46,451 bases of DNA from an uncultured Candidatus Saccharibacteria bacterium (GCA_964637485.1 CAZWUU010000001.1:1-46451), one strand, 5' to 3'. Shown: positions 18,638-27,539, counted from the first letter of the stretch. Numbers and translations: made by a program. The notes: generated by a model from the letters alone, not told the origin.

Positions 18638-19963
18638 TTAGTTTATATTTAGATCCTTTACGGAATGCTCCTCGCCTGAAGCAAGATTCTTTATTTTCAG
18701 CTCGCCGGTTCTCACTTCATTTTCGCCGACTACTATGACCTTGGGTATTCCTTTCTTATCAGCATTGCTTATTTGATCCCCGACTCTCTTTCCGGACAGA
18801 TCGATTTCAACACGAAAATTCTTTGCGCGTAATTTCTGAGCCAAGTCGAATGAGTAAGGGTAGTGTTGTTCACCCATCACAACTATGGCTATGTCTGCAG
18901 AAGACTCGGATTTCGGTAGATTGCCATACGTCTCCATGAGATTTCTGGCAATAAGATCGCCGGCGCCAAAACCAACGGCGCTTATCCTGTCTCCGCCGAA
19001 GAGGGTGGTCAGTTCGTCATAGCGTCCGCCTCCGAATACAGAACGTCTATTTTCTGGGCTAAGATCGAAAATTTCAAAGACTGTGCCCGTGTAATAATCG
19101 AAACCTCTCATGAGAGTTTGGTCGAAACGAACATTGGTGATACCGAGCGATTCAAGATCTTTAATTATGTTTTTTATCTCTGACAATCCCTCATGTTCGA
19201 GCTTGTCTTGGGGAAGACAATTCGAAAACTCTGCAAAATTCTTAGAATTGAGCATCGTGACGAACAAATCAAACTTCTTCTCGAATTCTCCGACATTACC
19301 GATTTTCGGTCGTAAAATATCGATGAGCGATATTTTGAATAATTCTGCATCGAGCTTGTCCTTCTTGTCTATCAGTTTGGCGACATGGTGAGCCGTGTCA
19401 TCATCCAATGCGAAAATATCCTTTAATATATAATTAACGATTTTTCGGTTATTTATTCGTATTTCAAAATCAGAATCTTTGAGGCCGTATGCGCGGGTGA
19501 TGTCGTAGGCGATGTTTATTATTTCCACTTCAGCGACGGAGCTGTCTACTCCAAAAATATCGACATTTAACTGCCAATGTTCTCGTACACGTCCCCTCTG
19601 AGGCTGTTCATATCTAAAGAGGTTGGGTATCGAAAACCACCTGGCTGGGAAGACAATATCTCTTCTTCTTGCGGATATCATTCTGGCAAGGGTTGGTGTC
19701 ATTTCTGGACGTAAGGTCACTTCTCTCTCGCCTCGATCGATAAAAGTGTATGTTTGTTCATTGACGATTTCATCTCCAGTTTTTGCCTTATATAATTCAG
19801 ACGGCTCAAGCACTGAAGCTCCGTACTCCACATAGCCATATTTTTTCACCGTATTCTTCCAAATATTAAAAATCGCATTTTGCACCGACATATCGTCAGG
19901 ATAGAAATCTCGAACTCCCTTATATGGTTCCGTGCCCAGTTTCTTTGCCTTGTTGTCATTCAT
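18638..19963 (-). CDS. hisS: Histidine--tRNA ligase
   Basis: KGVRDFYPDD, LRPEMTP, RYEQPQRGRVREHWQLNVDIFG, GGGRYD and GFGAGD class II motifs. Confidence 0.95.
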   Translation of the reverse strand: MNDNKAKKLGTEPYKGVRDFYPDDMSVQNAIFNIWKNTVKKYGYVEYGASVLEPSELYKAKTGDEIVNEQTYTFIDRGEREVTLRPEMTPTLARMISARRRDIVFPARWFSIPNLFRYEQPQRGRVREHWQLNVDIFGVDSSVAEVEIINIAYDITRAYGLKDSDFEIRINNRKIVNYILKDIFALDDDTAHHVAKLIDKKDKLDAELFKISLIDILRPKIGNVGEFEKKFDLFVTMLNSKNFAEFSNCLPQDKLEHEGLSEIKNIIKDLESLGITNVRFDQTLMRGFDYYTGTVFEIFDLSPENRRSVFGGGRYDELTTLFGGDRISAVGFGAGDLIARNLMETYGNLPKSESSADIAIVVMGEQHYPYSFDLAQKLRAKNFRVEIDLSGKRVGDQISNADKKGIPKVIVVGENEVRTGELKIKNLASGEEHSVKDLNIN

Positions 19964-19999
19964 GAGCTACATTGTAGCCAATATATGGCTACCAAACAA
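19945..19999. promoter_or_regulatory. Interlocked divergent promoters of hisS and truB sharing a 13-bp palindrome
   Basis: Minus strand: TTGTTT(19994-19999)-17-TACAAT(19971-19976)-7-ATG 19963. Plus strand: TTGCCT(19945-19950)-17-TACATT(19968-19973)-11-ATG 19985. Palindrome gctacaTtgtagc at 19966-19978. Confidence 0.5.
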
Positions 20000-20722
20000 G
20001 AAAAGCATATTTTGATATGGAAGGAAGAGGGTGATACTCCATTGCAGGCGATATCTAAGCTTAAAACGTCCAGACCGGACCTGGCTCATCTGCCGATGAC
20101 ATACGCTGGAAGATTAGATCCCATGGCCAGCGGGGAGCTCCTTATTCTCGTCGGGCAGGAATGTAAGAACAAAGAGCATTATCTAAACAAAGATAAGGAA
20201 TATGAGGTAGATATACTTTTTGGATTTAAGACCGATACGTACGATGCCTTGGGCATGGCCGAAAAGGATCGAATATTAAAAAATACAAACTTACTCTGTT
20301 CTGATGTTAGTAAATATGTCGGAAAATTTATGCAGCCGTACCCTCCATATTCATCGAAAACACATAACGGTGTTCAGATGCACAATTTGGCAAGAATAAG
20401 TAATTTGCCGGAAATGTTGCCACAAAGACAAGTTGAAATATACAGCATCTCCGTTTTGGGTAAAAAGATCGTGAGTTCAGAAGATCTGCTTACGGATATT
20501 AAAAGTTCTATATCAAAGGTACGCGGCGACTTCAGGCAAGAGGAAATTGTTAAAAGATGGGATGAATTATTTTCAACCGGGAATGAGTCTCATGTGGTTA
20601 TGAAAATACGAGTCAAATGTTCTGCTGGCACATACATGCGCTCTTTGGCCTCCCGAATCGGCGAGGATGAAAATATCGGCGCTATCGCACTTCATATAAA
20701 GAGAACAAAAATATATTTATAA
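19985..20722 (+). CDS. truB: tRNA pseudouridine synthase, TruB-family-like
   Basis: AGRLDPMASGELLILVG catalytic-Asp motif. The start is trimmed to ATG 19985 (MATKQEKHILIWKEEGDTPLQAI). Confidence 0.72.
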   Translation: MATKQEKHILIWKEEGDTPLQAISKLKTSRPDLAHLPMTYAGRLDPMASGELLILVGQECKNKEHYLNKDKEYEVDILFGFKTDTYDALGMAEKDRILKNTNLLCSDVSKYVGKFMQPYPPYSSKTHNGVQMHNLARISNLPEMLPQRQVEIYSISVLGKKIVSSEDLLTDIKSSISKVRGDFRQEEIVKRWDELFSTGNESHVVMKIRVKCSAGTYMRSLASRIGEDENIGAIALHIKRTKIYL

Positions 20723-20723
20723 T

Positions 20724-22511
20724 TTATATAGTGCCACCTCTTCTGGCCTTGGCTCTGTCTAATTCGGTCAAGAACTTCTTGCGGAGTCTTATATTTGACG
20801 GTGTGATTTCCAAGTACTCATCATCTCTCATGAGTTCTAAACCGCGTTCTATGTTTAATTTGAACGCCGGTGTGAGCATTATTGCTTCGTCCGAACCGGA
20901 GGCCCTCATGTTCGTTAACTGTTTGCCCTTGCATGGATTGACATCCATGTCGTCTCCCTTTGATACATCGCCGATCACCATGCCTTCGTATATCGAAGTT
21001 CCTGGTTCGATGAACAGTCTGCCTCGCTCTTGCAGATTCCACAGAGCGAAGCCCAGGGCCTTGCCAGACATCATGGATGTCATCGTGCCGGTTTCTCTTT
21101 TTTCTATATCTCCTGCATATTTCTTGAAGCCGATGACACGGGAAGACATGATGCCTTCACCCTTGGTGTCTATTGTGAATACGTTTCTATACCCGAGCAG
21201 CCCTCTTGTCGGTATTTCGAAAGTCATGCGAACCTGATTGCCGTGTGTCGCCATGTTTGTCATAACCCCCTTTCTTTTACCGAGCGTCTCAATGATTGCG
21301 CCTAAGTATTCTTGCGGGGTATCAATGATGAGTTCCTCGAACGGTTCATGCTTCGATCCATTTTCTTCCTTTATAATGACCTTCGGCTGTGAAACTTGGA
21401 GCTCATATCCTTCGCGTCTCATATTCTCAAGCAATATTCCGATATGTAATTCACCTCTTCCGTATACAGTAAAAAACTCGTTTGAGGAAAAATCAACTTT
21501 TAGTCCGACATTTGTCTCCAATTCTCGCTCGAGGCGTTCTCGTATTTGTCGGCCGGTGACGAATGTACCTTCTTGTCCAGCAAATGGTGAATTATTCACC
21601 AAAAATTGCAGGGAAATAGTCGGCTCATCTACTTTTATCGCCGGCAGAGGATTTTCTTTTTCAGAGTCGGTGATTGTCTCACCAATATATATATCTGGAA
21701 TGCCAGCTACAGTTATGATATCCCCGGATTCAGCTTGTGACACTTCCGTTTTTTGTTTTCCGTCGAATGTAAAAAGTTTTGTAATTTTTCCCTGAAATGT
21801 TTTATCATTCACATCCTTGATCCATACGGCACTGCCGTCCTTTATTGTTCCTTCATATATTCTGGCAATAGCTAAGCGTCCTAGGAAATTATCATACCCG
21901 AGATTGAATACTTGCGCCTTGAGCGGTGCATCAGCATTTTTATTGGCTTTTGGAACAGAACTCAATATGCAATCTAGCAAAGGCGAGAGATCAGACGAGT
22001 TATCCGCCAAGTTTTTCTTTGCTATACCTTGCCTGCCGATAGCGTAAATGGTGGGAAAGTCGATTTGCGTGTCATTTGCGCCGAGTTCCATGAATAATTC
22101 CAGAACTTGATCATGAACGCGCATAGGATCAGATGCCGGCTTATCTATCTTATTTATGACCACTATTGGCATGAGTCCCAATTCGAGTGACTTTTTCAAA
22201 ACAAATCTGGTCTGTGGCATGGGGCCCTCCTGAGCATCAACGACTAGAATGACGGCATCGATGGCTCGTAAGACTCTTTCTACTTCTGAACCAAAATCAG
22301 CATGGCCAGGAGTGTCTACAATGTTTATTTTCGTACCTTTATATGTGATCGATGTATTTTTGGCGTATATAGTGATACCCCTTTCTTGTTCAAGGGCATT
22401 TGAGTCCATAGATCCTTCCTCGCCATGTCCGCACTGCGTCATGATGGCGTCAGTCAGGGTTGTCTTGCCGTGGTCGACGTGAGCTATGATTGCGATATTC
22501 CTGATTTCCAT
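20724..22511 (-). CDS. typA: Translational GTPase TypA/BipA
   Basis: MEIRNIAIIAHVDHGKTTL, DTPGHADFG and NKIDK G-motifs. BipA-like length. The start is trimmed from 22553. Confidence 0.95.
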   Translation of the reverse strand: MEIRNIAIIAHVDHGKTTLTDAIMTQCGHGEEGSMDSNALEQERGITIYAKNTSITYKGTKINIVDTPGHADFGSEVERVLRAIDAVILVVDAQEGPMPQTRFVLKKSLELGLMPIVVINKIDKPASDPMRVHDQVLELFMELGANDTQIDFPTIYAIGRQGIAKKNLADNSSDLSPLLDCILSSVPKANKNADAPLKAQVFNLGYDNFLGRLAIARIYEGTIKDGSAVWIKDVNDKTFQGKITKLFTFDGKQKTEVSQAESGDIITVAGIPDIYIGETITDSEKENPLPAIKVDEPTISLQFLVNNSPFAGQEGTFVTGRQIRERLERELETNVGLKVDFSSNEFFTVYGRGELHIGILLENMRREGYELQVSQPKVIIKEENGSKHEPFEELIIDTPQEYLGAIIETLGKRKGVMTNMATHGNQVRMTFEIPTRGLLGYRNVFTIDTKGEGIMSSRVIGFKKYAGDIEKRETGTMTSMMSGKALGFALWNLQERGRLFIEPGTSIYEGMVIGDVSKGDDMDVNPCKGKQLTNMRASGSDEAIMLTPAFKLNIERGLELMRDDEYLEITPSNIRLRKKFLTELDRAKARRGGTI

Positions 22512-22642
22512 AGAATTAAAAACGGGCTCTGCCCGAATGACTAAGTAAAGCATAAAAAATACATCTGTGTCAAACCTGAAAATTTATTGAGTATTCAAGC
22601 CATTTTTGAGTTTTGTGTAAACGATCGCTAATAAGATGATGC

Positions 22643-22672
22643 AAAAAAGTCCGCCTGATCAATAGGTGGACT
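22643..22672 (-). terminator. Intrinsic terminator downstream of the AK-like gene
   Basis: On the minus strand, agtccacct-attgatc-aggcggact (9 bp, one G-U pair) is followed by TTTTTT. Confidence 0.6.
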
Positions 22673-22689
22673 CGAAATGCGAAATATTG

Positions 22690-23427
22690 CTAAATGACTT
22701 GCGGATGAGGTCTCGGGTGTTCGATGGCACTGATAAGCCGATGAACAGGGTGAGCCGGCACTGAGAGTATCCGGAGCCCTGTGTTGATCATGTCAGCGTC
22801 GAGCGGAGGCTCGTTCATGGACCTTATCTTAGTGAGGCAGGCAAAGATGCGCGGAGACATTGCCATGTCACGATCGAGACTGATGACTGCACCGTTGAAT
22901 CTTTGAACAAGAGGTACGGTTTCGTTGTTGTACGATGCCATCCGCTGTTCGAAAACTGCTTCGCTCTCCAGGTCTTCAGGATCTCTTGTTTTGACTGGTT
23001 CGCTCCATAGACGGTTCAGAGCAGCCTCGTGACATTGTTCGGGTGAGGCATTGAGATGCACCAGGACGCACCGTCTGAAAGAATGCATGATATCTGCATG
23101 TTGGATCGATTCTGGAAAACCGCTGGCAAGAATCAGTCGAAGTCGCGGGTTTGTGGCTCGGATGTGCTCGATCCAGATTTGTACCAATGGAACGAGTACG
23201 TTTTGGGGCAGGAAATATCCTTGCTTGATCGTCCACTCATGCTGGCGAACCCGGTCGCCTACGCTCGTCGGTATATGCTTGCCCCATTCGATGATTTCGT
23301 GAATATCGATAGCTTTAACCCTATCGTCTGAACCTTTCGGATCAATGGTTTTCTTTAGGACTCTGCCGAAGGTCGTCCTACCTGAACCGGACGGACCGAT
23401 GATTGCCACAGCATTTAATTTGCTCAT
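22690..23427 (-). CDS. Divergent adenylate/UMP-CMP-kinase-like P-loop protein with Walker-A Lys replaced by Arg; GC-rich
   Basis: IIGPSGSGRTT P-loop (codon agg = R where GKGT/GKS is expected). ILASGFPESIQHA resembles ILDGFPR..QA. R....TRDPEDLESEAVFEQRMASYNNETVPLVQRF resembles a short-LID segment. The start is taken at MSKLNAV, and upstream ATG or TTG starts remain possible. Hand count 34/60 G+C at 22741-22800. Confidence 0.45.
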   Translation of the reverse strand: MSKLNAVAIIGPSGSGRTTFGRVLKKTIDPKGSDDRVKAIDIHEIIEWGKHIPTSVGDRVRQHEWTIKQGYFLPQNVLVPLVQIWIEHIRATNPRLRLILASGFPESIQHADIMHSFRRCVLVHLNASPEQCHEAALNRLWSEPVKTRDPEDLESEAVFEQRMASYNNETVPLVQRFNGAVISLDRDMAMSPRIFACLTKIRSMNEPPLDADMINTGLRILSVPAHPVHRLISAIEHPRPHPQVI

Positions 23428-23576
23428 GCAATGATGTTCGGATTGTATATCTGGCATTATTTCAATCCATGGTATGGAAGGAACAGCCGAGCAAACTCTA
23501 ACACGCGAACATAACTTTGGCAAAAATTTATGATTACTTTCGCCATTATTAAACCCACTCATTATTTAATAGCTTC

Positions 23577-24713
23577 GTGAAGATTTTAACGGCAAGTTCT
23601 GAATGGCAACACTTCAAGGACGAAACAGGAGATTTTGTGCTAGATCTCGTCAAATATTGCATAGGACTAAATGCTACCGATATTCACATGGATCCTATTG
23701 TGAATAACTTGTGCATACGCATTAGAGTAGATGGACTCATAAAGTTTCTGGTGTCGATCGACCTGCGACATTGCGACGAATTATTGGCTAGGTTAAAGAT
23801 ATTATCGGGTACTCGTATTGATATCCATCACATGCCTCAGGACGGAAGTTTTCGCTTAGATCATGATAATGCACTTTACAATATCAGAGTCTCATTCATG
23901 CCCACACTTCACGGCGAAAATGCTGTTATGAGATTGCTTAAACAGAGGAATTTGACGAGGCAAACACTTGAAAGTGTCGGATTCTCACAAGATCAATCAG
24001 ATGTGATACGTCAGATAATGCGATCAAACTCCGGTCTGATATTAGTTGTAGGACCTACGGGATCAGGCAAAACAACTACATTGAAAATATTGCTGGAAAT
24101 GAAAACATCTGAGCCCTTATCAGTATTGGCATTGGAAGATCCGGTGGAATATGAGATAGACGGGGTTAGACACATTCCAGTATCCAGAGAAAGGGGAACA
24201 TCATTTGCAAATTACTTGCGCTCATCATTAAGACAAGATCCTGATGTCATCATGTTGGGAGAAATACGAGATTTGGATACAGCAAAAACAGCGATTAGCA
24301 CAGCTCTTACCGGACATCTTGTCTTGTCGACATTGCATACAAACTCGGCCATTGAGACTGTGCTTCGACTGGAAGAGATGGGAGTGGACAGATATCTCAT
24401 TGCTGCAACCCTGAGATTGGTTATCTGTCAGCGGCTGGTAAGAGTATTGTGCGAGTCCTGTAAGGGATTAGATCAGGAAATTAAAAAAGGTTGCTCATTA
24501 TGTAGCGGAAGTGGTTATTCAGGCAGGACTCTGATTGCCGAAATTTTGCCAATAAATAATGAGTTAAAAGACCAGATAGTGAGTGATATAAGAAATTTGA
24601 AAAATATCGGAATGGAAGGTGTGGGGCTACGCAGCATATTCGATCATGCCAGAGAAAAAGTGATGAGTGATATAACTTCAGAATTGGAAATAAGGCGAGT
24701 CATCTCTAATTAA
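23577..24713 (+). CDS. pilB: Type IV pilus / type II secretion assembly ATPase (PilB/GspE family, short form), GTG start
   Basis: Walker A VVGPTGSGKTTT, Walker B DPDVIMLGEIRD, His box GHLVLSTLHTN and tetracysteine CESC...CSLC. Confidence 0.9.
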   Translation: MKILTASSEWQHFKDETGDFVLDLVKYCIGLNATDIHMDPIVNNLCIRIRVDGLIKFLVSIDLRHCDELLARLKILSGTRIDIHHMPQDGSFRLDHDNALYNIRVSFMPTLHGENAVMRLLKQRNLTRQTLESVGFSQDQSDVIRQIMRSNSGLILVVGPTGSGKTTTLKILLEMKTSEPLSVLALEDPVEYEIDGVRHIPVSRERGTSFANYLRSSLRQDPDVIMLGEIRDLDTAKTAISTALTGHLVLSTLHTNSAIETVLRLEEMGVDRYLIAATLRLVICQRLVRVLCESCKGLDQEIKKGCSLCSGSGYSGRTLIAEILPINNELKDQIVSDIRNLKNIGMEGVGLRSIFDHAREKVMSDITSELEIRRVISN

Positions 24714-24716
24714 TAT

Positions 24717-25751
24717 ATGAAAAAAGCATGGAGCATATCCAAAGTAAGAATGTTTATCGATGGTCTTGCCATGTATTTGGGCGCAAACACTTCTCATATA
24801 GATGCCGTCAGATATTCGTTGGCAGGAGTTCGCTGTAAGGAGAAGGATGCAAATGATGTAATCATTCCCATAATGCGCGGAGCATCTCTCAGCCATGTTC
24901 TCAAAGAGGAAATGGGTCTATCGGCGCAATTCGTGGGAATTATAAAGGCCGGAGAATTGTCCGGCAATCTACATGAAGCTCTAGAACATGTATCCGAGAT
25001 TATCAGAACCAGAGAAGATCTGAAGAGGAAGATCATTGGCGCAATGATATATCCTGGCGTAATCTTTATTTTCTCTTGCGCAGTGTTGTACGGGATTCTG
25101 ACATATGTTTTGCCACAGATACTGCCGCTTCTGAAGGATCTCGGAGATGAATTACCGCCACTCACAAATTTGGTTGTGTGGTTATCAGAATTTGTAGGTC
25201 AATATTTATACCTGTGCATTATTGCAGTCGCGCTTACCCTTTTTATTACCCGCCTGCTGTTCAGGCGAAGTTCGAGATTTCGGTGGTCTGTTTGCGGGAT
25301 TATAGAAAACACTCCAGTTATAGGACGTATCTATGTCTGTAATTCCATGTTTATCTTTTATTCATCGTTGGGAAAATTGCTATCTTCAAAAATGAGAATT
25401 GAAGACGCTATAAATTATGCCGGACAGTCCATATGGCTTGATACGTTGCGTCACAGTGTATTGCAAAAAATACCTCTTATTAAATCGGGTACATCTCTTA
25501 CCGTGCTAGTCAGAGAATCAGATCCGATATTTAATAAAGCACTTCTATTAGCGGGCGAGCGATCTGGCAATCTGGATCGATCATTTACAAAGATTGGTGA
25601 ATTATATTTTGAGCAGGTAAGTAATGCCTTACGCAAACTAACTGCGCTTGTCGAGCCGATAATCATGATATTTATGGGTTTTCTGGTTGGCACAATTGTA
25701 ATAGCCATAATGCTGCCTCTATATGATATATCGAAAAATCTTCAACAATAA
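24717..25751 (+). CDS. pilC: Type IV pilus platform protein (PilC/GspF family)
   Basis: Two T2SS-F-like repeats, three TM segments and the C-terminal IMLPLYDI motif. It directly follows pilB. Confidence 0.88.
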   Translation: MKKAWSISKVRMFIDGLAMYLGANTSHIDAVRYSLAGVRCKEKDANDVIIPIMRGASLSHVLKEEMGLSAQFVGIIKAGELSGNLHEALEHVSEIIRTREDLKRKIIGAMIYPGVIFIFSCAVLYGILTYVLPQILPLLKDLGDELPPLTNLVVWLSEFVGQYLYLCIIAVALTLFITRLLFRRSSRFRWSVCGIIENTPVIGRIYVCNSMFIFYSSLGKLLSSKMRIEDAINYAGQSIWLDTLRHSVLQKIPLIKSGTSLTVLVRESDPIFNKALLLAGERSGNLDRSFTKIGELYFEQVSNALRKLTALVEPIIMIFMGFLVGTIVIAIMLPLYDISKNLQQ

Positions 25752-27141
25752 GGGTTTTCAATCTGTTGAAATAGTCGTGAGTTTAGCTTTGTTGTCTCTG
25801 TTTATTCCTGCGATCATTGTTTTACAAGATGGTACGGAAGATATGATTGATAGAGCATATAACAGATCCTTACTTTTAAAGGCATTTGCAAGCACTACGG
25901 TCGATTTTTTTGCGATTCATTATGGTACGAGCTCAAGACAAACTATATCTATTCCAAATCAGGCAATAAGTTTGACCCTGAATATCGACAAGCGCAAATT
26001 CGGTAACCTTTTCGATGAATATGTATATCGCTTAGAGGGTCTAGGTGAGCGTGCAATGTTTTCAGAAATTAGAATCAGATCACCATCTGATATTGTATCA
26101 GGGGTACCGGTATGTTCAGTTGATTATATTAATAATTATTTGATTGGTTCGAGAAAATATTATGAGGGCATGAATAATCAGACTATTCGCCCTGTTGTGA
26201 AGCAGATCAATCTGCCTATTAGCAGCAACTTGATTCCTACCGCATTTGTCATATCGGGCGATATGCTCTACACAACTTTCGATACGGCAGAGGCTCTGGA
26301 TCCTGATATCATCATCTTCGACATATCAGATAGTAATAATCCTATAGTTTTAAGTTACTTGCATACCGGTCCGGGTCTAAGTGATCTTGTTAAATATGGT
26401 GATTATGTATTCGGCTCGGCGGCAAGTAGTGCGTATCAGCTTCATATAATTGATGTATCTTCGCCTGATAATCCATTTCTTGCGAAGCGATATAAATTGC
26501 CCATGCCCAGAGCGAACAGTAGTGCACCTTTCGCCACATCCATTTTCCTGAATGATAAGAATCTCTATGTTGGAACATATAAATGGGAAGGCCAAGAATT
26601 GAATGTGATAGACATAGGAAATCCGATAAATCCAAATTTCCGATATGGTTTCGAAACGGGCGGAAAGATCTCCCAAATATATCTGCTGGATAAATCATTA
26701 CATCTGGCGTCCTCTGACACATACCAATATAGAATGATAAAAACCGAAGATGGTTTACCGACTGCATTAGTGTCAGAGCTGGCGCCGTCTGGGTACGAAA
26801 GACAGGAAGGAAAGGTCGTGAGCGTGTTCGAAGACAGATACTACTTTGGTCGGACGAATGGAGGGTTCAATATCGTTGATGATAAGGAATTTTTCGAAAT
26901 ATTCGGTAGTCGCGAACTAGATGTTCCAAGTGGTGTGTATGGAATCATGGCAGACAGATATCATGTTTATGTTTTGTCACGCGAACGAGGTCAGGAGTTA
27001 TCAATATTCGAAAGAAGAAATTTCACTCTGAAAACATCTGTCGATATAAGCGATAGTGTATCTACAATGTCGTGTAGTAATTCAAGTATCTATCTATTAT
27101 CCGCAACAAGACCAACTCTATATGAGATGTCCTTCCAATAA
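25723..27141 (+). CDS. Large pseudopilin: prepilin-type N-terminus fused to an LVIVD-like beta-propeller repeat domain
   Basis: MIYRKIFNNKG|FQSVEIVVSLALLSLF (Gly-1, Phe+1, Glu+5). Repeats such as IIIFDISDSNNPIVLSY, LHIIDVSSPDNPFLAKRY and LNVIDIGNPINPNF. It overlaps the pilC 3' end by 29 nt. Confidence 0.7.
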   Translation: MIYRKIFNNKGFQSVEIVVSLALLSLFIPAIIVLQDGTEDMIDRAYNRSLLLKAFASTTVDFFAIHYGTSSRQTISIPNQAISLTLNIDKRKFGNLFDEYVYRLEGLGERAMFSEIRIRSPSDIVSGVPVCSVDYINNYLIGSRKYYEGMNNQTIRPVVKQINLPISSNLIPTAFVISGDMLYTTFDTAEALDPDIIIFDISDSNNPIVLSYLHTGPGLSDLVKYGDYVFGSAASSAYQLHIIDVSSPDNPFLAKRYKLPMPRANSSAPFATSIFLNDKNLYVGTYKWEGQELNVIDIGNPINPNFRYGFETGGKISQIYLLDKSLHLASSDTYQYRMIKTEDGLPTALVSELAPSGYERQEGKVVSVFEDRYYFGRTNGGFNIVDDKEFFEIFGSRELDVPSGVYGIMADRYHVYVLSRERGQELSIFERRNFTLKTSVDISDSVSTMSCSNSSIYLLSATRPTLYEMSFQ

Positions 27142-27289
27142 AAAATATGGCTTTACATTGATCGAAATGCTCATATACGTGCTCTTGTTGTCGTTTGTCA
27201 TGGTGCTTCTATTCCAGTTCGCTAATGTCGTGATGAAAAAGAGTACAAATAATGAAAACAAAATCTACAGGGGATTATCTATCTTGTGA
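27122..27289 (+). CDS. Mini-prepilin (55 aa; mature about 45 aa, essentially only the N-terminal helix)
   Basis: MRCPSNKKYG|FTLIEMLIYVLLLSFVMVLL is a canonical class III signal. The start is trimmed to ATG 27122. Confidence 0.55.
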   Translation: MRCPSNKKYGFTLIEMLIYVLLLSFVMVLLFQFANVVMKKSTNNENKIYRGLSIL

Positions 27290-27539
27290 AGGATTCATAA
27301 TGATTTCGCTCGTTATTTCCATCAGTTCATTCTTGTTGATGATATCGAGTATGAATATGCTTTCAGCACTATATTACTCAGACATGGTCAATAGACAAGA
27401 GTTTCGAATTCAAAAGAAGTTTAATGTTGCCGTATGTGAACAGATCAAGGAAATACTATCGCAAAGAAAGGATGTGTATAAGAAAAGTGTGATTTATAAA
27501 GAAATTGATTGTCTTGTCGAGACAACTCAAAATATATGA
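27252..27539 (+). CDS. Pseudopilin-like small membrane protein lacking Glu+5
   Basis: ...SCEG|FIMISLVISISSFLLMISS hydrophobic N-terminus, with Ser at +5. It has an ATGA overlap with the next pilin gene. Confidence 0.45.
   Translation: MKTKSTGDYLSCEGFIMISLVISISSFLLMISSMNMLSALYYSDMVNRQEFRIQKKFNVAVCEQIKEILSQRKDVYKKSVIYKEIDCLVETTQNI

Noticed and set aside
20731-22482. Plus-strand ORFs (up to 185 aa) across the typA region
   Set aside because: They are antisense to typA/bipA, low-complexity and motif-free, so they are spurious.
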